Source: a bacterium
Lineage (GTDB): Bacteria > Bacillota_I > Bacilli_A > RFN20 > CAG-826
Length of the DNA stretch: 34,397 nucleotides
Assembly: GCA_963638955.1 (NCBI GenBank)
Contig: CAVHTL010000003.1
Span: 6,310-40,706, forward strand
Reading direction: 5' to 3'
In this document: piece by piece, positions 1 through 7,171 of the stretch
How the letters are laid out: each line of letters begins with the position of its first letter
Numbering within the stretch: the first letter of the stretch is position 1
Position numbers and translations under genes: made by a program
Notes under the pieces: model-generated
The model's input: only the letters and a program-made list of their open reading frames with translations
Database searches by the model: none
Told to the model about the DNA's origin: nothing

Positions 1-120
1 GGGGAAGACCGCAAGACTCTCAAAGTCGCCGGCATGCTTACCCGCAACGCTAGAAGCAAAGAAAGAAAGAAGTACGGTCTCAAAGCAGCTCGTCGCGCAC
101 CGCAATTCTCCAAGCGTTAA
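1..120 (+). CDS. rpsI: 30S ribosomal protein S9, C-terminal 39 codons (5' end outside window)
   Basis: Frame 1 reads [39 protein letters not shown] then TAA at 118-120. The ERKKxGLxxARRxPQFSKR tail is the conserved S9 C-terminus. Confidence 0.85.
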   Translation, partial: GEDRKTLKVAGMLTRNARSKERKKYGLKAARRAPQFSKR

Positions 121-141
121 TCAACTATTATCGCGCTTCAA

Positions 142-168
142 AAGGTCTGGAAAATCCAGGCCTTTTTT
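142..168 (+). terminator. Intrinsic terminator after rpsI
   Basis: Stem AAGGTCTGGA / TCCAGGCCTT (one G-U pair) followed by TTTTTT. Confidence 0.6.
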
Positions 169-206
169 GCATGAAAGACAGGCATGAAAGTTCGTGATTT
201 TGCGTC

Positions 207-235
207 TTGTTTCCCTCTTGCCATAGTTGTATATT
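207..235 (+). promoter_or_regulatory. Candidate sigma70-type promoter for tRNA-Ile
   Basis: TTGTTT (207-212), 17-nt spacer, TATATT (230-235), about 20 nt upstream of the tRNA 5' end. Confidence 0.3.
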
Positions 236-256
236 ATTAGGGCACTTTTGTGCGAC

Positions 257-333
257 GGGCCTTTAGCTCAGCTGGTTAGAGCGTGCGCTTGATAAGCGCA
301 AGGTCGATGGTTCAAACCCATTAAGGCCCACCA
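257..333 (+). tRNA. tRNA-Ile (anticodon GAT), CCA encoded
   Basis: Hand-folded cloverleaf: acceptor GGGCCTT/AAGGCCC, anticodon stem TGCGC/GCGCA with loop TTGATAA, T-arm GATGG-TTCAAAC-CCATT, 3' ACCA. Confidence 0.9.
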
Positions 334-344
334 ATTGCATTTAT

Positions 345-369
345 CCACTCCCATGCAGAGTGGTTTTTT
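345..369 (+). terminator. Intrinsic terminator after tRNA-Ile
   Basis: CCACTC / GAGTGG stem with 7-nt loop, followed by TTTTTT. Confidence 0.55.
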
Positions 370-448
370 ATTTGTTTGTGAGGATCGATAACTAATTTAA
401 TCCTCCTTTCATTGGATGCAAAAAAGGGGCGAAGAGGGCAACTCGTTC

Positions 449-477
449 TTCAAACATTCCGCAAGGAGTAGTAATAT
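449..477 (+). promoter_or_regulatory. Candidate promoter for the tRNA-Val/tRNA-Thr pair
   Basis: TTCAAA (449-454), 17-nt spacer, TAATAT (472-477), ending 10 nt before the tRNA-Val 5' end. Confidence 0.35.
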
Positions 478-486
478 TTTCCTCGC

Positions 487-561
487 GGGTGTTTAGCTCA
501 GCGGGAGAGCGCTTCCTTCACACGGAAGAGGTCGGAGGTTCGACACCTCTAACACCCACCA
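487..561 (+). tRNA. tRNA-Val (anticodon CAC), CCA encoded
   Basis: Acceptor GGGTGTT/AACACCC, anticodon stem CTTCC/GGAAG with loop TTCACAC, T-arm GGAGG-TTCGACA-CCTCT, 3' ACCA. Confidence 0.88.
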
Positions 562-562
562 T

Positions 563-638
563 GCCGTCTTAGCTCAATTGGCAGAGCAATTGATTTGTAA
601 TCAATAGGTTGGTGGTTCGATTCCGCTAGACGGCACCA
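563..638 (+). tRNA. tRNA-Thr (anticodon TGT), CCA encoded
   Basis: Acceptor GCCGTCT/AGACGGC, anticodon stem ATTGA/TCAAT with loop TTTGTAA, T-loop TTCGATT, 3' ACCA. Only 1 nt separates it from tRNA-Val. Confidence 0.88.
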
Positions 639-651
639 ACGCGCATATGTG

Positions 652-675
652 GCTTCCGTAACGGAGGCTTTTTTC
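652..675 (+). terminator. Intrinsic terminator after the tRNA pair
   Basis: GCTTCCG / CGGAGGC stem (one G-U pair, 3-nt loop) followed by TTTTTTC. Confidence 0.55.
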
Positions 676-941
676 TTTTTCTTGCATGTTTTTAGAAAAA
701 AGGAATTTCGGTATACAACTATCTTAGAAGTGCGCAAAAAAGTTTATAAGCGACTTTTGCAAGGATTTATGAAAAACACCATCATAATCTCCGGCGGCGT
801 ATCGTAGTTCATCTCTAAAATACCGTGAGACAGTCCAATAAATACGGAGAAATCGCAAACGTGGGGATTTCTAGAGCATAAAAATTTATTGATGGATACG
901 AAAGGTCGGACGAAGCGGTGCGGCTGTAGTTATTTTGAGAG

Positions 942-977
942 AAAAGAAAAAGCGCCTCGCTGTTTTCCAAGGCGCTT
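942..977 (-). terminator. Intrinsic terminator downstream of upp
   Basis: On the minus strand, AGCGCC...GGCGCT stem followed by TTTTCTTTT, starting 7 nt after the upp stop. Confidence 0.5.
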
Positions 978-983
978 GTGGTT

Positions 984-1631
984 TTATTTGACGGTTCCGA
1001 AGATCCTGTCGCCAGCATCTCCCAATCCAGGGCAGATGTAGGCGTTTTCATTGAGCTCGCGGTCTAATGATCCGATATAAAGAGGGACTTCCGGGAACTC
1101 CTTCTTGAAGGCGGCTACTCCTTCTGGAGCGGCAATGATGCAAATGAAGGAGAGTTTTTTGGCTCCGTGCGCTTTAAGCATCTTGACAGCATCAATCGCA
1201 CTTCCTCCGGTAGCGAGCATCGGATCGAGGACGTAGACGTCCATATTCTCTAAGCCGTTAGGGAGTTTGCAGTAGTACTCGTGCGGTTCGTGCGTGACTT
1301 CGTCGCGGTATAAACCGATGTGGCCAACGTGAGCCGTTGGCACTAAATCGGTGAGGCCGTCGACCATGCCCATCCCAGCGCGGAGAATCGGCACGAAGCA
1401 GAGCTTGCTGCCCTCGATGATCGGTTCCACGCTGTCTTCAATCGGAGTATGGACTTCGGTTTCGACGGTTGGAAGAGAGCGAAGTGCTTCGTAGCCTTCC
1501 ATCATGGCGATTTCCTTGACGAATTGGCGAAATTCGCTCGTCGGGGTCTCCTTCATGCGGAGATGCGAGATTTTGTGTTTGAGAAGCGGATGGTTCAATA
1601 ACGTTACGTTTGGATAATCTTTAATATTCAT
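984..1631 (-). CDS. upp: Uracil phosphoribosyltransferase
   Basis: 215 aa. N-terminal LNHPLLKHKISHLR, PRPP-binding stretch VYVLDPMLATGGS and C-terminal YICPGLGDAGDRIFGT are hallmark UPRT motifs. Confidence 0.93.
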   Translation of the reverse strand: MNIKDYPNVTLLNHPLLKHKISHLRMKETPTSEFRQFVKEIAMMEGYEALRSLPTVETEVHTPIEDSVEPIIEGSKLCFVPILRAGMGMVDGLTDLVPTAHVGHIGLYRDEVTHEPHEYYCKLPNGLENMDVYVLDPMLATGGSAIDAVKMLKAHGAKKLSFICIIAAPEGVAAFKKEFPEVPLYIGSLDRELNENAYICPGLGDAGDRIFGTVK

Positions 1632-1644
1632 TTTTTACCTTCTT

Positions 1645-3186
1645 TTATTCGGCTTTGGCCGCATTGTCCTCTTTTTTATCACGAAGCATTACGTTCATCA
1701 AGATACCAAGGAACATAGAGATGGCGGTGGAAGTGATGGTGACGGTGGTTGATTTGATAACAAAGCTTATGATGAGCCCACCAATTCCGGATACGAGGAT
1801 GACGGAAGCGACGAAGATGTTTTTGGTCTTCGACATATCGATTTGCTCATTGATGAGCATCTTGACTCCGCTTGCGGCGATGAAACCGTATAGGAGCAAG
1901 GAGACTCCGCCTGTGACGCAGGTTGGGATAGTCTCGACAACGCACATGATCGGTGAGAGGAAACCTAAGAGAATGGAGACGATGCATGCCAAGATTATGA
2001 CTTTGACGCTTGCGACTTTCGTGACGCCGACGACAGCGACGTTTTCTCCGTATGTAGTATTGGCGGCTCCGCAGAGAATTCCGCTTACGGCCGTGGCAAT
2101 TCCGTCGCCCGCGAGGGTTCTCGATAAGCCAGGATCTCTGAGAAGATCGCGATCGATGATGCCAGAGAGGTTCTTGTGGTCGCCGATGTGCTCGCAGACC
2201 GTGACGAGGGAAACAGGGATGAATAGGAGAGCGATGCTTCCGATTTGTCCGCCTGTTAGAGCGACAGAAGCCTCATAGTTCTCAGGTAAGAAGATGAAAC
2301 TCGGCAAGTCGATGAAGCTTCTCACGCTGAGATTCGAGAAATTATTGACGATCGGCGAGAAGTCGATGATATGGAAGTAGTCGTTGTGGCAGCCATAGTA
2401 TCCGATCGCGGTGAAGATGGCAGCGGTTAGATAGCCTGCGCCCATGCCGATGACGAAGGGGATGAGTCTGAGTGTCTTTTTGCCGTAGTGGGCGCAAATT
2501 GCCGTTACGGCCATTCCGACCAAGCCAGAGAGAATGGCGATGAGATTGTAGCTTGAGCCATTGCCGCTGCTCGACATGAGGTTATTGACGGCGCTGACAC
2601 TCAGCCCTAAGCCAATGACCATGATGACTGGTCCGATGACGACGGTTGGAAGAAGCTTATTGAGCCAGGCTACACCAGCGAAACGAATGACGAGGGCGAT
2701 GATTACGTATACAAGCCCAACCATGGCCATGCCGATTGGAAGAGCCCATAAATTGCCCATATAGCCGATGACCGTATCACCAGCGGCAGCGGCAACGATT
2801 GACCCATCTGTGCCCATTTTCACCGGAACTGCGCCAAGAGCGAGAGCGCCGCACATAGGGGAGATGTAGGCAAAGCTCGAAGCCAAGAAGACGGGGCTTT
2901 TCATTTTGGTGAGGAGTATATAGATAAGAGTGCCGATACCAGCCGCGACAAGCGTCGGGGCGATCATCGTCTGGGCGAGTGATGTGCCGTACATATTGAC
3001 GTAAGGGACGCTTGCGCCGGAATTTGCGAATCCGCTTCCCACTGTAGCGGATGAATAAACTAGAAGCGGGACAGTGATGCAAGCGACGAACATCGCTAGG
3101 ACGTGTTGAATTGCCAAGATGATCCACTCGGAGATCTTCTTGGGGCTCTCATTCACATCGAGAATGAGTTTTTTGGTTTCGGCCAT
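1645..3186 (-). CDS. uraA: NCS2-family uracil (or uracil/xanthine) permease
   Basis: Polytopic membrane protein with NCS2-type segment NTTYGENVAVVGVTKVAS. It ends 13 nt upstream of upp, suggesting co-transcription. The likely true start is ATG 3184-3186 (MAETKK), with AAGGAG 7 nt upstream, not the ORF-track start at 3219. Confidence 0.8.
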   Translation of the reverse strand: MAETKKLILDVNESPKKISEWIILAIQHVLAMFVACITVPLLVYSSATVGSGFANSGASVPYVNMYGTSLAQTMIAPTLVAAGIGTLIYILLTKMKSPVFLASSFAYISPMCGALALGAVPVKMGTDGSIVAAAAGDTVIGYMGNLWALPIGMAMVGLVYVIIALVIRFAGVAWLNKLLPTVVIGPVIMVIGLGLSVSAVNNLMSSSGNGSSYNLIAILSGLVGMAVTAICAHYGKKTLRLIPFVIGMGAGYLTAAIFTAIGYYGCHNDYFHIIDFSPIVNNFSNLSVRSFIDLPSFIFLPENYEASVALTGGQIGSIALLFIPVSLVTVCEHIGDHKNLSGIIDRDLLRDPGLSRTLAGDGIATAVSGILCGAANTTYGENVAVVGVTKVASVKVIILACIVSILLGFLSPIMCVVETIPTCVTGGVSLLLYGFIAASGVKMLINEQIDMSKTKNIFVASVILVSGIGGLIISFVIKSTTVTITSTAISMFLGILMNVMLRDKKEDNAAKAE

Positions 3187-3221
3187 GTTTTTTCTCCTTT
3201 TCTTTGTTGTCTCTTTCATTA

Positions 3222-3384
3222 GAAAAAAAGGGACCTAGATAACTAAGTCCCTATAACTAACGAATAAGACGGATTGGGAAGAAATGGGCCCCAATAAAGA
3301 AAAACACCCCTTGCGTTTTTTCTTTGCTAGGGAGTTAACCATCCGGAGTTCCATAAATTTCTTTCCGGGAAAAAACTCTAGCAA
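3222..3384 (-). promoter_or_regulatory. Structured 5' leader with intrinsic terminator (attenuator) of the uracil permease-upp operon
   Basis: Minus strand: outer stem TTGCTAG...CTAGCAA enclosing CCGGA...TCCGG, a second hairpin ATTGGG...CCCAAT, then terminator AGGGAC-CTAG..CTAA-GTCCCT plus TTTTTTT about 35 nt before the start codon. Confidence 0.55.
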
Positions 3385-3561
3385 GAAGCAAAAAAGCATT
3401 CAATGTTTTTTTCTGTCTAAAACAAATATTGAAAATTAACGTTTCAGATTTTATTGGCTTCTTTTCTACGAAAAGGGTTCAAGTGTTGAAAAATAGTGTC
3501 TTTGGTGAAAGTGCTTTCAAGCCAAATAGGTCTTTTCGTAAGGTAAAATTAGGCAGTCGAA

Positions 3562-3625
3562 GTCGTATATGCCGGTAAGATGGTCCAGCAGTCTCTACGC
3601 CCTTGCCTTGCTAGGGCACTACGAA
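3562..3625 (+). promoter_or_regulatory. Purine riboswitch aptamer candidate (guanine/hypoxanthine type, C at the specificity position)
   Basis: UCGUA-UA-UGCCGG-UAAGAUGG-UCCAGCA-GUCUCUAC-GCCCU-UGCCUUGCU-AGGGC-ACU-ACGA aligns segment by segment with the three-way-junction purine aptamer (P1, P2/L2 ending AUGG, J2/3 GUxUCUAC, P3/L3 with CC, J3/1 ACU). It lies about 100 nt upstream of a purine permease gene. Confidence 0.6.
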
Positions 3626-3723
3626 AAAACGAAAAAGGCGGATATTCGCCCTCTTTGTCTTTTCTCTCCTGAACGCTTGCCCCTTATGCAACGGATGGCA
3701 TTCTTCATGTAGGGAGGAGTTTC

Positions 3724-5268
3724 ATGGAAGAAGCAATCAAAGCCGAATCACCGTCAAGTGGAAATGGCTCTTGGTCCCCGAAAACGTCTTTTGGGCATTT
3801 CTTGGACAAGTATTTTCACATTTCCGAAAGGGGCTCTAGCATCGTTAGAGAGCTAGTAGGGGGTCTCATCATCTTTTTGGCGATGTTCTACATCTTGCCG
3901 CTCAATAGCAACATGCTCGCCGGCGACTGGGCCAACATCCTTTTTGGTGTCGAAGGAGCCAAAAACGTCCAAACGATTGAAGGAACTGTCTATATATGGA
4001 TTTATGGCGACAATTGGGCGACTGTTGATCAGGTTCGCGCGGCTGTTTTCGCTGCTACTGCGATTAGCGCTGCTGTCACCACTATCCTTATGGGTATCTA
4101 CGGCAAACTGCCGGTTGGCCTTGCTAGTGGCTTGGGTATCAATTCTTTGATCGCCTATACCGTTATGCTTGGCATGGGTTTCAATTTTGCCCAATCGATG
4201 TGCATCGTTTTGCTTGATGGCATTTTGTTCCTCATCATTTCGATCACCCCGCTTCGCGGATGGATTGTCAGAAACATTCCAAAGTCTCTTAAATTCGCCA
4301 TTTCTGCCGGTATCGGATTTTTCATTGCCTTTATCGGATTTCAAAACATTGGCATCATCGTTCCTAGTGACGCCACTGCCGTTGCCTTCGGCGATTTCAC
4401 CAGCCCAAGCGTTATCATGGGCATTATTGGCATCGTGATCGTTTTGGTTCTTTCAAGCATTCCGCAGAATAAAAAATGGGCGTTTTGGGTTTCTAAATTC
4501 GCCGTCATTATCTCGATCGTTTTGATGGGTATTGTCTGCGCTTCGATGGGACAAGCCGGCGTGGATGGCATGCCGAAATTCTACGATTCGTCCTATCACA
4601 TCAGCGAGATTGGCAACATCTCAAAGATCTTCGGATGCGCCTTCATGGGTTTCGATGCGTTCGCCAATCCAATGGCTTACGCTTTCACTTTCGCTTTGCT
4701 TTTTGTCGATTTCTTCGATACGACCGGTACTTTAGTTGGCGTTGAGGCAGGCGCTGGAATGGTGAACGATGAAGGTCGTATCACAGTCAATGATCGCCCA
4801 GCCATGATAACTGACGCAATCGGTACCTGCTTTGGCGCCGTTTGCGGAACCACGACCGTTACCTCTTTCGTCGAGAGCACCACTGGCGTTGCTGCCGGCG
4901 CCCGCACTGGTTTAGCGGCTGTCACCACTGGCCTTCTTTTTGCTTTGTCGCTTGCTATATATCCAGCTCTTGCTATGTTCTCTTCTAGTGCCGTCACCGG
5001 TTTAGCCTTGGTCTACGTTGGCGTTTGCATGTTCAAGAACCTTGAGAAAATCGAATGGCATGACTGGATTGCCGTTGGAAGTGCCTTCTTCACCGTTTTG
5101 GTCATGACGATTTCCTATAGCATCAGCGATGGCATTGCTTGGGGATTCATCACCTATACCATCATGACTTTAACCGCTGGCAAATTCAAAAAGAGCGACA
5201 TCACCGTCGCTTGCTGCTCTGTTGCCTTCTTGACTCTTTATATCGTGAAGGCCGTGCTTGAAATCTAA
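3724..5268 (+). CDS. NCS2/AzgA-family purine (adenine/guanine/hypoxanthine) permease
   Basis: 514 aa, polytopic. GTTTVTSFVESTTGVAAGARTGLAAVTTG matches the conserved AzgA/PbuG-type segment. RBS GGGAGGAG precedes the ATG. Confidence 0.85.
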   Translation: MEEAIKAESPSSGNGSWSPKTSFGHFLDKYFHISERGSSIVRELVGGLIIFLAMFYILPLNSNMLAGDWANILFGVEGAKNVQTIEGTVYIWIYGDNWATVDQVRAAVFAATAISAAVTTILMGIYGKLPVGLASGLGINSLIAYTVMLGMGFNFAQSMCIVLLDGILFLIISITPLRGWIVRNIPKSLKFAISAGIGFFIAFIGFQNIGIIVPSDATAVAFGDFTSPSVIMGIIGIVIVLVLSSIPQNKKWAFWVSKFAVIISIVLMGIVCASMGQAGVDGMPKFYDSSYHISEIGNISKIFGCAFMGFDAFANPMAYAFTFALLFVDFFDTTGTLVGVEAGAGMVNDEGRITVNDRPAMITDAIGTCFGAVCGTTTVTSFVESTTGVAAGARTGLAAVTTGLLFALSLAIYPALAMFSSSAVTGLALVYVGVCMFKNLEKIEWHDWIAVGSAFFTVLVMTISYSISDGIAWGFITYTIMTLTAGKFKKSDITVACCSVAFLTLYIVKAVLEI

Positions 5269-5298
5269 GGTTTAACGTTACTCATCTAGGAGTTCGGA

Positions 5299-5325
5299 AA
5301 AAGGGGGGTCAACCCCTCTTTTTCG
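5299..5325 (+). terminator. Intrinsic terminator after the purine permease
   Basis: AAGGGGGG-TCAA-CCCCTCTT hairpin followed by TTTTTCGTTT. Confidence 0.6.
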
Positions 5326-5469
5326 TTTGCTCGCAATTTAGGCGGTCAACGAAACAATCACTCCTTGGCGCTCTTTTACTACTCACATCCCGCTATCTTT
5401 CACTTCCTCTTTTCTCTTAAAACAACAAGCGTATGATTTTAGTTAGTTACAACTAATAGGAGGCAGTTT

Positions 5470-6246
5470 ATGCGCTTTGTCACGATGGGGGAGAAGAAGA
5501 ACGAGGCCATACTCTTCTTCCATGCGATGGGAGTTATAGGGGAATCTAGCGAACGGGTCGCGAGGTATCTAGGAGACACATACTTTTGCATCATGCCTAC
5601 TTCGACCGTTTATTGCAAGAATCAACGATATGTCTCAAAAAACGAAGAATCGAAGCAAATCGAGGCTTTTTTGAACGAAAACGGGATAAAGAAAGTAAAA
5701 CTTGTGGTTGCTTCCTCTTTAGGAGCCGATTTGGCGGTATTTTTCATGAAAAATGGCAAAATCCCCGTTGAAGCCGCCTTCTTTGATGGAGGACAATTCG
5801 CAAAAATTGGTTTATTCACGAGGAGAATTTTGACGCCGATTCTCTACGGAGCCATAAAAAGCCTATATAAGAAAAACGGGGAGAACCTTGGCAAAATCAT
5901 GTGGTGCGACGATGAGGAAATCAGGCCGTATTTCGTGGAGGCTGGGAAGAATCTCACATACAGGAATATGCGCGCTCAGCTTTCCGATAGTCTTGAGAAG
6001 AAACCTTTCCTCTCTTTCGATGAAGAGATGCAAAAGCGTATGTATTTCGAATTTGGGAGCGATGAGGAGCACTACAAATACAGAGATAGCCTCATGAAGG
6101 CTTACCCCTTCGCCCATTTCCCGGTTTTCGAGGGATATAACCATATGCAATATCAGATTCGCGATCCTGAAGGGTTTGCGAAAATGCTTCGCTCAATCAT
6201 TGAAGAAGGGAAGATGGGAGACCTCAGCTTTCTGAGAAAGCGATGA
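5470..6246 (+). CDS. Alpha/beta-fold hydrolase (putative)
   Basis: 258 aa. Oxyanion-like FFHAMG near the N-terminus, nucleophile-elbow-like VVASSLGADL and a late GYNHM histidine. RBS AGGAGG. Substrate unknown. Confidence 0.5.
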   Translation: MRFVTMGEKKNEAILFFHAMGVIGESSERVARYLGDTYFCIMPTSTVYCKNQRYVSKNEESKQIEAFLNENGIKKVKLVVASSLGADLAVFFMKNGKIPVEAAFFDGGQFAKIGLFTRRILTPILYGAIKSLYKKNGENLGKIMWCDDEEIRPYFVEAGKNLTYRNMRAQLSDSLEKKPFLSFDEEMQKRMYFEFGSDEEHYKYRDSLMKAYPFAHFPVFEGYNHMQYQIRDPEGFAKMLRSIIEEGKMGDLSFLRKR

Positions 6247-6361
6247 ACTTTGTTTTTACGCTTTTCTCTCATGAAAACCCTTTCTTTGAGCGTTTCCCTT
6301 TATCGATTCGCGTAAGGGTGTTATTGTCTTCCGGGCCCCACGAAGAGAGGGGCGATAAGCA

Positions 6362-7105
6362 ATGCTAGGAAACGTTCATTCCATAGAGACATTCGGTTCA
6401 GTCGATGGGCCAGGGATACGCTTCGTCATCTTCTTGAAGAGATGCGCGATGCGTTGCCTCTTTTGTCATAACCCTGACACTTGGGTAAAAGAAGGCGGTA
6501 CCCCCATAGATTCTGACGAGTTAATCGAAAAAGCCCTTCGTTATCGGCCGTACTGGGGTAAGGAAGGCGGAATAACCGTCTCGGGCGGTGAGCCACTCCT
6601 TCAAATCGATTTCTTGATCGCTTTGTTTAAAAAAGCCAAGGAAGAGGGGATAAACACATGCATCGACACGGCAGGGCAGCCCTTTTCAAGAAAAGATCCC
6701 TTCTTCTCCAAGTTTGAGGAACTCATGAAATATACCGATCTCCTTTTATTTGATATCAAGCATATCGACGAAGAGAAGCACAAAGAGCTGACAGGGCACC
6801 CCAATCAGAACATCATCGATATGTTTCGTTACTTAGACGAGATTAATAAGCCAATATGGATAAGACATGTCTTGTTGCCTGGCTACACAGATAATGACGC
6901 TTATCTATATAGAACGCGTGCGTTTATAAAGACGCTTAGTAACGTGAAACGAATCGATGTGTTGCCGTTTCATAAATTGGGCGAGTACAAATGGGAAAAA
7001 CTAGGTTATCCGTATAAACTCAAGGAGGTAGAAGCGCCGAAAAAAGAACGAGTGGAATTCGCTAAATCGGTATTAAATGGCGAAAAAGACGAAAAGTTGA
7101 TTTAG
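6362..7105 (+). CDS. pflA: Pyruvate formate-lyase activating enzyme (radical SAM)
   Basis: 247 aa. GSVDGPGIRFVIF then CAMRCLFCHNPDTW (CxxxCxxC cluster), GGITVSGGEPL. Immediately upstream of pflB. Confidence 0.93.
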   Translation: MLGNVHSIETFGSVDGPGIRFVIFLKRCAMRCLFCHNPDTWVKEGGTPIDSDELIEKALRYRPYWGKEGGITVSGGEPLLQIDFLIALFKKAKEEGINTCIDTAGQPFSRKDPFFSKFEELMKYTDLLLFDIKHIDEEKHKELTGHPNQNIIDMFRYLDEINKPIWIRHVLLPGYTDNDAYLYRTRAFIKTLSNVKRIDVLPFHKLGEYKWEKLGYPYKLKEVEAPKKERVEFAKSVLNGEKDEKLI

Positions 7106-7171
7106 GGCAAGTTTTTTATAAGCCAAGCCCTTACAATATGCGTTGCGAAAAATAACGGAAGGAGAAAATTA

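Noticed and set aside
549-737. 62-aa minus-strand ORF
   Set aside because: It lies entirely antisense to tRNA-Val and tRNA-Thr and their terminator. It has no RBS, and the tRNA folds explain the sequence.
815-1051. 78-aa minus-strand ORF overlapping the 3' end of upp
   Set aside because: It overlaps upp in another frame and runs across the upp terminator hairpin. It has no RBS and a low-complexity composition.
1655-2278. 207-aa plus-strand ORF, plus other ORFs at 2561-2764, 2777-3127 and 3853-4997 overlapping the two permease genes on either strand
   Set aside because: These are shadow frames of long membrane-protein genes whose family motifs identify the true frame. They have R/S/P-rich junk composition and no RBS.
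3300-3350. Possible PyrR binding loop (AACUCCGGAUGGUU) in the uracil permease leader
   Set aside because: It matches the ARUCCAGAGAGGYU consensus only loosely and is one nucleotide short. I do not call it a PyrR site; the leader is reported as an uncharacterised attenuator instead.
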